A stretch of 64,000 nt of DNA from contig OX597817.1 of assembly GCA_951406725.2 (NCBI GenBank), positions 130,572,001-130,636,000 of the forward strand, given 5' to 3'. Numbering within the stretch: the first letter of the stretch is position 1; the number at the start of each line of letters is the position of its first letter. The notes under the pieces are model-generated. The model was given only the letters and a program-made list of their open reading frames with translations. It was not told the DNA's origin and ran no database searches. The DNA comes from Octopus vulgaris (Eukaryota). The position numbers and the translations under genes were made by a program. This document shows, piece by piece, positions 29,383 to 41,992 of the stretch.

Positions 29383-29599
29383 TAGGTGTGTATAGTGATG
29401 GATTTGAGATGTTCATTTATTTATGACTTGATTTCTTTATTTTACCAGAGTATAAATACCTATAATGATGATACTTAAAAAAAAAAATTCAATTCAATTA
29501 AAAAACATGGGTTAGCAATGCATACTATAATTTGCAAAGAAAATTTATCTGCACGCAGGGTATGCATCACTCTTCTGATGCCCTGTTTTTTGGGGGGTT

Positions 29600-30207
29600 T
29601 TTTCCATTTAATGTCCACTTTCCATGCTAGCATAGGTTGGACAGATTGACAAAAGCTGAAGAGCTGTCTTTCTGTTTTGGCATGGTTTCAATGGCTGCAA
29701 GCCTTTCCTAACGCCAACCATTTTACAGAGTGTACTGGGTACTTTTACACAGCACCAGCACGGGTTTTTTTTTTTATGTGGAACCAGCACCTATGACCCA
29801 GCAAAATTAGGGATGCTTAGCTGAAGGGAGTTGCAGAGGATGAGCCTGTCTGCAAGAACAACCACGCTTTTACTTAGCTTGATGTTTCTTTTCAAGCACA
29901 ACAAACTGCTAGCAGTCTTTGTGAGTCCCAACAACTGATGATCCTTTCTCACCACTTCGCTCTGCGACTTCCTGAGTCTAACCTTTCCACACATTCCCTC
30001 CACAGTTAGAGCTCGGTGGTACCTCTTTATGCAACTGTCTTCATTCGTATGCATTACATGACCATACCAGCGCAGTCTTCTTTTCAGCACTCTACATCTG
30101 ATGCTACGTGTTCCTAGTTTTTCTATCAAATCACTTACATTCTGTCGAATGTGCACACTAATATAACTCATCCAGTGAAACATATTGGCTTCATTTCTTT
30201 CAAATCT
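29600..30207 (-). mobile_element. RTE LINE 3' fragment
   Basis: ORF 29791-30183 (RRLRWYGHVM..EDSCIK) matches the C-terminus of 37939-39072; 3' UTR remnant follows. Confidence 0.85.
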
Positions 30208-30780
30208 TCACACACACACACATTTACAAGCAGTTAAATATATGTCTGGTCATAGTGATCAATGGTTTTGCATCCATAAAGCGCTAGGCTGCATAGACGA
30301 ATGTATGCCCCTCTTCAAAGTGGAAACAGAAAACTGTTACGATTAGTTTATAAATGAACAAAGACTAAAACACCATTTGAGGCTTGGCTGAGTTATCTCC
30401 CTTAGATCAGTTCCGATGGCAAATTTTATAGACTTGAGTAGGTTATGGGGAAACTCCGCTATTTTAGGCTGTTTCCAGTCTGCTGAGAATTTTCTCGACT
30501 GCAGTCGGCGAGTGAGGAGTCTCATGCCTGAAGCAGGTAGCGCTTCACTCGATGTATGTTTGCAATAATTATAACGATAGGGAATATGGGAACTGGTACA
30601 TCCTCAAAATTTATTTCCTTTTATTTTACGGTATGTCATACAGCATATTTTGATGGTTATGACGACCTACGTGTGTTGCGGTTGCACAGAGTATGGGCAG
30701 TTACATATGCAATCAAGTATAATTTTCTCTGTAGCTTCATTCAGGGTCTTTCAACCAGCTTGTATTAAAGCAAAAAACTG

Positions 30781-31208
30781 GGATCTTTTCGGTTTGACCG
30801 CCAGTTTTTCTAAATAATTTCCACGTAGCTAAACACTTTTAAACTTCATATACTGGTAGAATGTGTTTAAAAAACATCTTTTTCTCTTGGCCTTATTGAG
30901 AAAATTCTATAGTTTGTAAGATATTTGTTGTTTTTTTTCTTCAATTTATGCAATTTCAACCAATCAATGACGTCTATTGAGGTGAAAACATTCTGTGCTG
31001 TATGAATGTGTCCCTCGTTTAAGAAACAGATTGGATTTATTTACATTTCTGAAGAAAAAAAGATACCCTTCCCCCACCCCTAACCCTAACTCTAACCCTA
31101 GCCCTAAAACAGATTGAAATGCAATAGATTGATACTAGGGTCATAATTATGGGTGACAATTTCATATGACACCACTAGAAAAAACTACCGTTCAAACCGA
31201 AAATATCC
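30781..31208. mobile_element. MITE with ~32-bp terminal inverted repeats and an internal (CCCTAA)n tract
   Basis: ggatcttttcggtttgaccgccagtttttcta / tagaaaaaactaccgttcaaaccgaaaatatcc; telomere-like repeats at ~31078-31107. Confidence 0.8.
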
Positions 31209-32756
31209 GCAATCTGAACTCAATTATTTGTTTATTGGTTACGATTCAGGACGAAGTGAGGTTGAGGTTAGTTTGAGTCTGAAATCTGATCTGGTTATAA
31301 AATTCTGTGGTTGACCTCAGCTTCACACCAGTTACTGGTCTAAGTCAGGATTCTATCTAATTAGGTCAAACTTTATTTTACTGTATTGGCAGGCTTTTTT
31401 GTGTATTGTAGTAGATAGATTCTTAATACGCTTAATTGTACGTATAGTTCTTGTAATATATTTTATTATAGGGTGGTTCAGTTCTCTGTTAAGGTCTTAG
31501 TTATTCAGAGATTTTTGTGAACTAAGAACCTAACATGGAACTGAACCACTCTAAAATAAAATACAAGAAAAATATTTGAAATTAAGCTTCCTGGGAGTAG
31601 AACAAAGACAGACACCAACCATCTTTCACATCAAACCAAACAATAGAAGCACCACCCAAATGAAGTAAACAAAAGGGACCTTATATACAGCAACGGATTT
31701 ATTACAAGGATATTTATTACAGAGCATAAATATCAAGGATCCCATCACAAACCACGTTTACAATAGTATAAGTTTTTTTTATTATTACGTAATTGAACTT
31801 GCAAGGAAGATAAAACTAGATGAATATGCTGGCTATATAGAAAACTAAAAACCATCAATGAACGTTATGTGGCATCCATAACAAATGGCATACCCATTTA
31901 AGCAACATTGACAGAACAGCAGGGGACTATGTAAAATGCTTAATACTAATCTAATGCCATTCTCCATCTTGACTGGCACCTGAGCAGGAATCATAAACTG
32001 ATAACACTGAAACAAAAATTTATTTCCTTCTCCTTACAGCCTGTAAAAATCATTAATGTAGCACTCTGCTGGGATCGGGGTTAAATCAAGTGCTCAATGC
32101 ACCCCAATCACAGCACATATACACTGAAATCAAAACAGAGATTCATTACCATTTTCTTTTTCTTCTCTTATATAATTGATTTCTTTTCTCTCTCTTCTTC
32201 CTATCCACAAATGCCCACTTACAAAAATCTAAATAAAAAGTAAAACACTACCTATATTCCACCCTTTCATATTGTTTCTATACATCTATCTGTATAAGTC
32301 AAAATATTCACAGCACTGCTCATAAAACCCACAGAACCTTCTGGTTGGTGTAAATTGGTAAATATCCCTTAGCTAAACATTCGATAAAGCCAGAATACTA
32401 AGGTAATTTTTGCATGAAGAAATGAACACGTATTAATATTTCCCTTTAGAATCCATGGATATTGCAAATCCTATTTGTAACATCCTTTAGATGGGGAATA
32501 TGCAACTAAAACATGAGGTGTGGAAACATACACAGCAATGCATTAAAGGATTTATTAATTTCCATCCAAAAGTTCTTATTACTATACTCATTCGGTGCTA
32601 TAGCATCACCAGACTAATAACCATCCTGGAAAATGGGAATAATAAGTAGGAGCCAGAATAAAGAGCATAGGAGCTTTTTATGTGTGCACTCACATATATT
32701 TCACATAGACAAACTAAAAGACTATCACCATCATCATCATACATCATTTTCCATGC

Positions 32757-32921
32757 TGGCACAGGTTAGACAGTTTGACAGAAGCTGACCAGCTGAAGGG
32801 CTGTTCAGGCTCCATGTCTCTTTTGGTATGGGTCCAGCCCTAGAAACCATGTCAAAACAAGCATAGAGCTTAACTAGCCCTTCAACTGGTCAGCTTCTGT
32901 CAAACTGTCTAACCTGTGCCA
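32757..32921. repeat. Inverted repeat (46-bp arms, one mismatch) formed by two opposed RTE 3' ends
   Basis: 32757-32802 is the reverse complement of 32876-32921 except at one position. Confidence 0.92.
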
Positions 32922-33474
32922 AGCACGGAAAGCAGACATTAAATGATAATCTTTCCTGCTATAGGCACAAGGCCTGAAATTTAGGGAAGGGGGATGAGTT
33001 GATTACATCGACCCCAGTGGTACTTTTTTGTTGACCCCCAAAAGGATGAAAGGCAAAATCAACCTTGGCAGACTTTGAACTCAGAACATAACGTCAGACG
33101 AATACTGCTAAACATCTCGCCTGGCATGCTAACAATCCTGCGGGCTTGCCACCTTGGACATTAAATAATAATGATGATCACACACACATACACCCACAAG
33201 CAATGTTGCTCATTTTCAGTCTTCTGTAAAAAGGAGAAATTTGTCTGTCCATGCTTGGAAATAGGTGAGGGTTGGAGACAAGCAGCATGATAAAACAGTA
33301 GTAGTAATACTGTTTCAAAAAATGATAATCATATAGAATTAAAAACATAAAGCTGAAGTAAGTAAAAAATGAGAATAATAATAAAATAAAGAAATGAATA
33401 TCCTAAGTTTTTGTTCCTCTCACTTCTCCAGTAACCATGGAGTAATAAAAAAAAAAAAACAAATAGAAAACTTT

Positions 33475-33840
33475 AGTATGCGTAGCTGTGTGGTAAGGAA
33501 GCTTGCTTCTCAACTACATGGTTCTGGGCTCAATCCCACTGTGAGGGGCCTTGGACAAGTGTCTTCTACTATAACCTCAGGCTGTTCAAAGCTTTGTGAG
33601 TGGATTTTCTAGACAGAAGCTGAAAGAAGCCTATAAGGTGTGTGTGTGTGTGTGTGTCTGTGCTTGACAATCAGTGTTGGTGTGTTTATGTCACCATAGT
33701 CTAATGGTTTGGTAAAAGAGACCAATAGAATAAGTACCAGGTTAAAAAAAATAATAAATGCTGGGGTTAATTTATTCAACTAAAAGTTATTCAGGCTGGT
33801 GCCCCAGCATGACCACAGTTTAATGATTGAAGCAAAAAAA
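33475..33840 (+). mobile_element. tRNA-derived SINE, family B (other copies at ~34330-34645 - and 16430-16720 -)
   Basis: tRNA-like head (tagctgtgtggtaagg...gggctcaatccc), internal (GT)n, gagaccaatagaataagtacc core and a 3' ggtgccccagcatg tail. Confidence 0.85.
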
Positions 33841-34682
33841 AAAAAAATTAATCAACATACACACACATATTTGTGTATAAATGTACACTAATTTTATTTG
33901 AGATATATATATATATATATATATGGAATGAAAAAAAATAAATAATCATTTCTACTGTAGGCATGAAGCCTGAAATTTTGGGAGAAGGGTCTGCTCGATT
34001 ACATCAATCCAAGTGCTTGACTGGTACATATTTTATCAACCCCAAAAGGATGAAAGGGAAAAATCAACCTTGGTGGAATTTGAACTTGGAATGTAAAGCT
34101 GGAAGAAGTGCTGTAGAGCATTTTGTCTAACATGCTAACAATTCTACCAGTTCACTGCCCTTTTAATAATAATGATAATAATGACAGAAATGAAGATAAT
34201 ATTAGGATGCATGTTAATAGTGTGCTCCAGCATGGCCACAGTCATTGGACTGAAACATATAAGAGAATAATGATGATATATGTGTGTGTGTATATAATAT
34301 ATGTATATTCTTTTATTCTTCTGAAGATGGAGCACCATCTTCAGTTGAACAAATCAACACCGGGACTTATTTTTTGTAAGCCTAGTACTTATTCTATTGG
34401 TCTCTTTTGCCGAACCACTAAGTTACGGTGATGTAAACACACCAACATCGGTTGTCAAGCAATGGACACATACACATATATTCAATGGGCTTCTTTCAGT
34501 TTCAATCTACCAGATCCACTCACAGGTTTTTGGTCAGACTGAGGTTATAGTAGAAGACACTTGCCCAATGTGCCACACAGTGGGACTGAACCCAGAACCA
34601 CGTGGTTGGTAAGCAAGCTACTTACCACACAGCCACACCTGCACCTAATGTATGTATTTTATTTATTTATTTATTTTTTCAG

Positions 34683-34867
34683 CATATACTGGAAATGGTA
34701 CTCAAATGGTGTATATAAAGGTAAAATTGATTCAAGGAGTGGAGATCGAGTATTAAATGGCACTCGTCTGGCTCTTAAAAATATCAATCCTGATGAACGC
34801 TACCGATGTGTTGCTGAGAACAAGTATGGTACTGCTTTATCGAAGAAAATACATATTCTCCAGAGTA
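34683..34867 (+). CDS. L1CAM/neuroglian-like gene, Ig1 C-terminal half
   Basis: ttttttcAG acceptor (phase 2, completing aa|c = N), GTacgt donor (phase 1); encodes IYWKWYSNG...RLALKNINPDERYRCVAENKYGTALSKKIHILQS with Ig W and YxC motifs and the L1-type N.YGTALS motif. Confidence 0.92.
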
Positions 34868-35184
34868 GTACGTACTTCTTTTGAATTTTTTCTTTTATAC
34901 TGCTTTCTTTTCTTTCTTGTATTTTTTAATCAGTACCCCACATGGTTAAAGGGTAAAGGTACATGGCACAGTGGTTAGAGCATCATGCTTTCAATCATGA
35001 GGTAGTGAGTTCGATTCCCAGACACAGCTGTGTAATGTTCTTGAGCAAGATATATTAATTCACATGGCTCCATCAGGCAAGTGTCTTCTACCATAATCTT
35101 TGATTAAGACCAGATTTATGGCTGAGAATGAATTGATGAAAGACTGTACAGAAGGTCATTTGATGAACTGTATTTAGAGCCAAC

Positions 35185-35262
<78 letters not shown>

Positions 35263-35730
35263 TGATTCTAACAGAGTAGATTTGAGTATTTCATTAAAAG
35301 TAGATATGTCTATGGAGTTCTTAGAAGTTTTGTTTCCTAACCATGTGATCTTCATTTCACTCATCTTCAATCTCCTATATGTAATATGATTTTAGTGAGT
35401 GAAATATAAAAGTAAGTTTTATTTGTTACACAGTATATATCTTGTTATGTCTCACTTTTTAAGATCAGTTCCTGTCTGCTGAGGGTGACATCCAGATTGG
35501 ATAAAATAAAGAACCAATCAGATATTAGGAGGCAGTGTGCAATTTTAATCAAACTCCTTTCCTAAAATTTCTAGTCTTAAGCTTATGTTAGAAATCATTA
35601 ATTATTTACATTTTTAATGATTAATTCTTGGCTAATTAATAAAGGATCAAGTTTACTCATGATTTATTTATCTTTATTGCAAGAAATGTTTTCAGAAATA
35701 CTTCAGCTTGTCTTTTCATTTTCTTTACAG

Positions 35731-35904
35731 AAACAACAAAATTCAACATTAACCAGAAAGTTGAAAATACAATAACCAAAAACGCTGGTGAAACTCTAGT
35801 AATAAAGTGCAAGTTTATCTCACAGGGGCAACCAGTTGGTTTATATTATTGGAAAACAAAAAATAGAATTACTGAAACTGATCGTATCTACACCAATGAT
35901 GAGG
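35731..35904 (+). CDS. L1CAM/neuroglian-like gene, Ig2 N-terminal part
   Basis: ttctttacAG acceptor, GTaagt donor, 174 nt, phase 1-1; encodes TTKFNINQKVENTITKNAGETLVIKCKFISQGQPVGLYYWKTKNRITETDRIYTNDE. Confidence 0.92.
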
Positions 35905-36240
35905 GTAAGTATTTTTTCTGGTTCATAATTTTCGGCATATTTAAGGGCAAAATAATTGTAAAGATATTATTACAAGGATATACATTGTATGTATGTGTTA
36001 TATGTATATATTTACACACACACACACACATATATATTTGAAAATTTCATGTTAAAGGTATCTGCTGCTATGGTGAGATGGGACAAAATGTTGCTTTGCA
36101 CTTCCAAACCTCAGGCAGAATGTTACACATGCAAAACGCACTTTCAACAAGGTAGGAAAAAACCATGCCTGGAGGCCTGTAGTATAGGGCTATATGTGTA
36201 TGTGTAAAATATATATATGTGTATATCTATATATATATGC

Positions 36241-36281
<41 letters not shown>

Positions 36282-39200
36282 AGGTAATATGGGTAGATAA
36301 GGTAATAGAGGTAATCAGAGTATGTGACAGAATACTTAAGATTAGATTAGTGTTTCATCATGGATTAGCAACCATTATATCATTATATCGGCCTATGCTC
36401 CTCAGCTGGGGCTACCCGATGGACAGAAAGACCGATTCTATGACACTCTGCTGCAGACTACCTCGTTGACGAACGACAGAGACCTTCTCTTTGTGGCTGG
36501 TGACTTCAATGGTCACGTTGGACGACATGCTGGGGGCTTCGATGGTGTACATGGAGGCTATGGCTATGGTTCCTGCAATGAGGAGGGAACCAGGCTGCTG
36601 GAGTTCTGCGATGCAAATAATCTTATGGTTTGCAACACTAACTTCAGGAAACCTACCAGCCACCTAGTCACCTACCGATCGGGCCAACATACCAGCCAAA
36701 TTGACTATATCCTTGCCAGGCAAAGGGAGAGCTGGCTGCTTATAAATGCCAAAACCTTCCCATGCAAGGAATGTACCCCGCAACATAGACTGGTAGTTAG
36801 TGACTTTAGGATCAGGACTAAGAGGACAACCAGAAGATGACCAACATGGAGAAGAAGGATCTGGAAGCTTAAAGATCCTGCGAATGGACAGAGATTTAGG
36901 GACATGTTACTTGAAGCTTTTGACGGAGTAGAAGGGGATAGAGTATCTCATGGGGTAGAAGGCAACTGGACGTTTCTAAGGGACAACCTGCTGAGAGCCA
37001 CTGACCAGATCTGCGGCTGGTGCAAAGTCCCCTCTCATCCCAAGGTAACGTGGTGGTGGAACAATGTTGTAGACAGGGCTATTAGAGAAAAGAGACAGGC
37101 TTGGAAGGACTGCAAGTATGGTGGTAGCAGGGAATTGTATCAGGCTGCCAAAAGGGAAGCTAAGAGACAGGTCTATCTAGCCAGAGGGGAAGCAGATAAG
37201 AAAAAAATTGCCAATGTTCTGCGCCGTGAGGACCAAATACTGGAGGTGTTTCGTGTTGCAAGACAGTGTGTGAGAGAGAATTGTGATGTGGTAGGAGAGA
37301 AGTGTGTTCGCATTGGAAGATGGTTCACTTGCGCTAAATGAGGATGCAAAGAGAGAGGTCTGGAGACGCCACTATGAAAGGTTGCTGAATAAAGAAAATG
37401 AATGGGATAAAGGGAGTCTGCCAAATGTAGACCCAACAGAGGGACCAGCTATCCGAGTTGACAGTTCCTTGGTAGTTAAGGCAATTAGAAGCATGAAGAC
37501 AGGGAAAGTCCCAGGCCCATCAGGAATCACTGCAGAGATGCTCAAAATATCTGGTAGTGTCGGCTATAGCCTAGTCACTCGTATAGTTAATCAGGTGATA
37601 CACGAAGGAGTCATACCCAATGACTGGTGTAGCAGCATAATAGTCAACTGCTACAAAGGTAAAGGTGATGCCCTAGATACAAATAATTACAGAGGTATCA
37701 AGCTGTTGGATCAGGTAATGAAGGTTATGGAGAGGGTCATAGCCCAACTAATTAGAGAGAAAGTTAGTTTAGATGAGATGCAGTTTGGGTTCTGCCAGGG
37801 AAAAGTACCACTGATGCTATATTCCTGGTAAGGCAGCTGCAGGAGAAATACCTAGCCAAAGATAAGCCCCTGTACCTGGCTTTTGTTGACATGGAGAAAG
37901 CCTTCGACAGGGTCCCTTGATCCCTTATCTGGTGGTCAATGAGGAAACTAGGGATAGATGAATGGTTAGTGAGAGCTGTGCGAGCCATGTACAGGGATGC
38001 TGCTAGTAAGGTGAGGGTTGGCAACGAGTACAGTGAAGAATTCCGGGTAGAGGTAGGGGTCCACCAAGGCTCAGTCCTCAGCCCCCTCCTATTTACCATA
38101 GTCCTCCAGGCAATAACGGAGGAATTCAAGACAGGATGCCCCTGGGAGCTCCTCTATGCTGATGACCTTGCTCTAATTGCTGAGTCTCTATCAGAACTGG
38201 AGGAGAAGTTTCAGGTGTGGAAGCAAGGATTAGAATTGAAGGGCCTTAGAGTCAATCTAGCTAAAACCAAAGTCCTAATAAGTAGGAAGGTAGACAAATC
38301 ACAGATGCCTTCAGGTAGATGGCCCTGCTTAATCTGTAGAAAAGGTGTAGGTAGAAACTCTATAAGATGCACCAAGTGTAAGCTATGGACACATAAGAGG
38401 TGCAGCAATGTCAAAGGGAGGCTAACTAGGAAGATAGTTTTTGTATGTGGCAGATGCTCAAGAGCAATAAACACTGAAAATGCTCTGAGACCAACTTCTG
38501 CCACTTTCCAGGGAGAAAAACTAGAAATAGTTGATAGTTTCCATTACCTAGGTGACCAAGTCAGTAGCGGGGGTGGGTGTGCTGAAAGTGTAAATGCTAG
38601 AGTAAGAATAGCTTGGGCAAAGTTCAGAGAGCTCTTGCCTCTGCTGGTGACAAAAGGCCTCTCGCTCAGAGTAAAAGGCAGACTGTATGACGCGTGTGTA
38701 TGGACAGCCATGCTACATGGCAGTGAAACATGGGCCATGACGGCTGAGGATATGCGTAAGCTCGCAATAAATGAAGCCAGTATGCTCCGATGGATGTGTA
38801 ATGCCAGTGTTCATACTCGACAGAGTGTAAGTACCTTGAGAGAAAAGCTGGACCTAAGAAGCATCAGATGTGGTGTGCAAGAGAGACGTTTGCGCTGGTA
38901 TGGTCATGTGGCAAGAATGGATGAAGATAGTTGTGTGAAAAAGTGCCACATCCTAGCGGTTGAGGGAACCTGTGGAAGAGGCAGACCCAGGAAAACCTGG
39001 GACGAGGTGGTGAAGCACGACTTTCGAACTTTAGGTCTCACTGAGGAGATGACTAGAGACCGAGACCTATGAAAGTATGCTGTGCGTGAGAAGACTCGGC
39101 AGGACTAGTGAGACCATTACCCGTGGCCTCTACCGGGGATGTAGCCAGTCGACTTATGCATGCTTTTCCTTCTTGGGACACAAAACTCCACTTGTGAAGA

Positions 39201-39669
39201 CCCGTTGAGGCAAGTGGAAATCGAAATCAAAATCAAAATCAAATCAAATCAGAAATCAGAACTAAAATCGAAGTCGATCAACATCAATGGAAATTGCAGC
39301 TGTGATACCAGTGCGGGTGACAAGTAAGCGAACCATCCGGCCCCAACTGGCCTCCGTGCCAGTGGCACATAAAAAGCACCATCCGTTCGTGGCCATTGCC
39401 AACCTCGCCTGGCCCCCGTGCCGGTGACACGTAAAAAGCACCATCCGATCGTGGCTGTTTGCCAGCTCCGTCTGGCACCTTTGCAGGTGAAACGTAAAAA
39501 GCACCCACTACATTCACGGAGTGGTTGGCGTTAGGAAGGGCATCCAGCCGTAGAAACACTGCCAGATCAGACTGGGCCTGATGCAGCCTTCTGGCTTCAC
39601 AGACCCCAGTTGAACCGTCCAACCCATGCTAGCATGGAAAGCGGACGCTAAATGATGATGATGATGATG
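36282..39669 (+). mobile_element. RTE-clade LINE, 5'-truncated within the endonuclease, disrupted (APE, RT, PHD finger, 3' UTR, (TGA)n tail)
   Basis: GDFNGHVG, QIDYIL, NYRGIKLL, GVHQGSVLSPLLF, LLYADDL and RLRWYGHV spread over ORFs 36194-39072 with stops and frameshifts; 600-bp 3' UTR. Confidence 0.96.
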
Positions 39670-39735
39670 TATATATGTGTATATGTATATATATATATGT
39701 GTATATATATATGTATATATATATATATATATATA

Positions 39736-41915
39736 ACTTTTTAGACACCCTGTTAAAACCACTCCTCAAACATGTCAAAAGCTATATAAGGGACGACTTA
39801 GATATGCTCAATCACCTACCGAATACTATAAACAAAAACACCATACTGGTATCCTTCGATGTAGTCAACCTCTACTCCAATATCCCCCACAACCTAGGAC
39901 TAGAGGCAATCCAATTCTGGCTAGAGAATCACGCCAACGAACTACCACACCGCATCAAAAAAGAATTTGTGATAGAAGGGGTTAAATTCATCCTGGAAAA
40001 TAACTTCTTCGCCTTCAATGACAACTTCTACCGACAAAAATCGGGGACTGCGATGGGTACACGAATGGCCCCCTCCTTTGCCAACCTAGTCATAGGATAC
40101 CTAGAGATCAGTCTGTATCGTAAGGTTCTAGAAAGATATGGCAGCCCTTTCTCCATCTACATAGAAAACAACTGGAAGAGATATCTAGATGACTGTTTCA
40201 TCCTTTGGCATAAAAATATAGAAAAACTCATAGAATTCCAGGAAATTTTAAACGGACTGGACGTAAACATCCAATTCACGATGGAATATAGCCAGCAACA
40301 ACTCCCCTTCCTCGATATCCTCATTAAGAAAGCTAATAATATAATAGAAACAGACATATACTATAAGCCTACAGACTCTAAGCAATATCTTCCATTCAAT
40401 TCATGCCACCCCAGACACACCAGGATGAATATCCCCTTCAATCTAGCAAAAAGGATATGCACTATAGTCTCTAATGCAAACACCAGAGACACACGACTAC
40501 AAGAACTAAAAGATACCCTTATCACCAGGAACTATCCACCTTCACTTATTGACAAGTGCATTCAACGTGCCCTTCAACTTAACATCAAGGAACTGAGACA
40601 TCCCAAATCAAAGAAAAACTTACAACCAAAAGCCTTACCATACATCTCCACACACAACCCTCTCAATAACGAAGCCTTCGACACCATCCTCCACAACATA
40701 CCCCTCCTAAAAAAGACCACAGAATGAACACAATCCTCCAAACACACACGATCATAAAAAGCAAAAGACAGCCTAGATCCATGAAAAGTCTCCTAACACA
40801 AGCCCGAATTCACTCTTCAACACAGAAGCCGACAGTAAAAAAATGTGGAAGACCCAATTGCGGGATATGCGACTATCTAATTGAGGGATCAGAGTTCTCC
40901 TTCAAACAGGGACAACGGTTTACAGTGAAAAGCAACTTCACATGTGCTTCGGAGAACCTAATATACTCACTAACCTGCTCCGGGTGTCAAGAGCAGTACA
41001 TAGGCCAAACAAAAAATGGTTTGCGTAAACGAATGGCCCTGCACAGATCCCAGATAAAAATTCCTCAAAACAGAAAAATAGCTTTTAGCCAACACATAGA
41101 TACTTGCGCCAACAAAAAAACACCAAACTTCAGGATTTTCCCCCTCTACCAATTTAGGGACGATACAACCTCGAGACAACGAATAAGTAAAGAAAATCTC
41201 TTTATTACAAAATACAAGCCACTTCTTAACGGGTCTACGACAAACAATTAATATACCTCAACTTTAGAATAAAAGAAATATATACACACACAAATATTAC
41301 ACTCCATAGAATCCATTACTAATCAGCCCCATCACAGCTATACTTTCACCCATTCATATTCTCCCTTCTCTGTTTTTTTCTTCTTCTTCTTCCTCTTCTT
41401 CTTCATCATCATCATTATCATCATCATCGTCGTCATCATCATCACCACCATCTTCTCCTTCTCCTTCTTCTTCATCATCATCATCATCAACATCGTCATC
41501 TTCTTCTTCTTCTACTTCTCCACCTTCCACCCCTTAACCTTGTCACTAATGTCTTTCAGTATAACGCCTACGCAAATTCCATAAACAATTCCTGAATTGA
41601 ACTGCGACTACTGTCAGCCACTGACCATTCAAAATACGACCATTAAGGCATTCCCAGATTTCCCCACCCCCTCTCCACATCAGCCTCCTTATTCTTCACC
41701 TATCCTACCAAGAACTCAAAACGACCTCGAACACACAAGTGCAAACAAGGGAGTCAGAGAAAGGCAGAATGCTACTTATATCTGAACACTACTACAGAAA
41801 TATTCTTTTAAAAAAACTTTTCTTCTAATTTTTCTAAATTTAATTATTTAATCGTTACAGTTGAAAAGGTCTCAAAATGACCGAAACCGGTACTGAAAGA
41901 TTCACTATAAAATTA
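39736..41915 (+). mobile_element. Penelope-like element (Neptune-like), 5'-truncated: RT plus GIY-YIG endonuclease, one frameshift near 40722
   Basis: SFDVVNLY, QKSGTAMGT, RYLDD, FLD..I, YYKPTD and SCHP in 39736-40727; Cys-rich linker and NLIYSLTC..CQEQYIGQT in 40724-41251; hammerhead-like motif downstream. Confidence 0.95.
41858..41895 (+). ncRNA. Degenerate minimal type I hammerhead ribozyme (Penelope pLTR type)
   Basis: cag-UUGAAAA-ggtc-tcaaaat-gacc-GAAA-ccgg-UA-ctg; stems intact, core differs from CUGANGA at 2 positions. Confidence 0.6.
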
Positions 41916-41992
41916 CAGGTGAATGCAAACACTGGCGTCAACAAAAGCCAGCGTAACTGGACGAAAGTAGAGCTGGAAGTTTTCATCAGAGG

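Noticed and set aside
31560-32000. Possible decayed GIY-YIG/Penelope remnant
   Set aside because: Only faint motif resemblance with many stops
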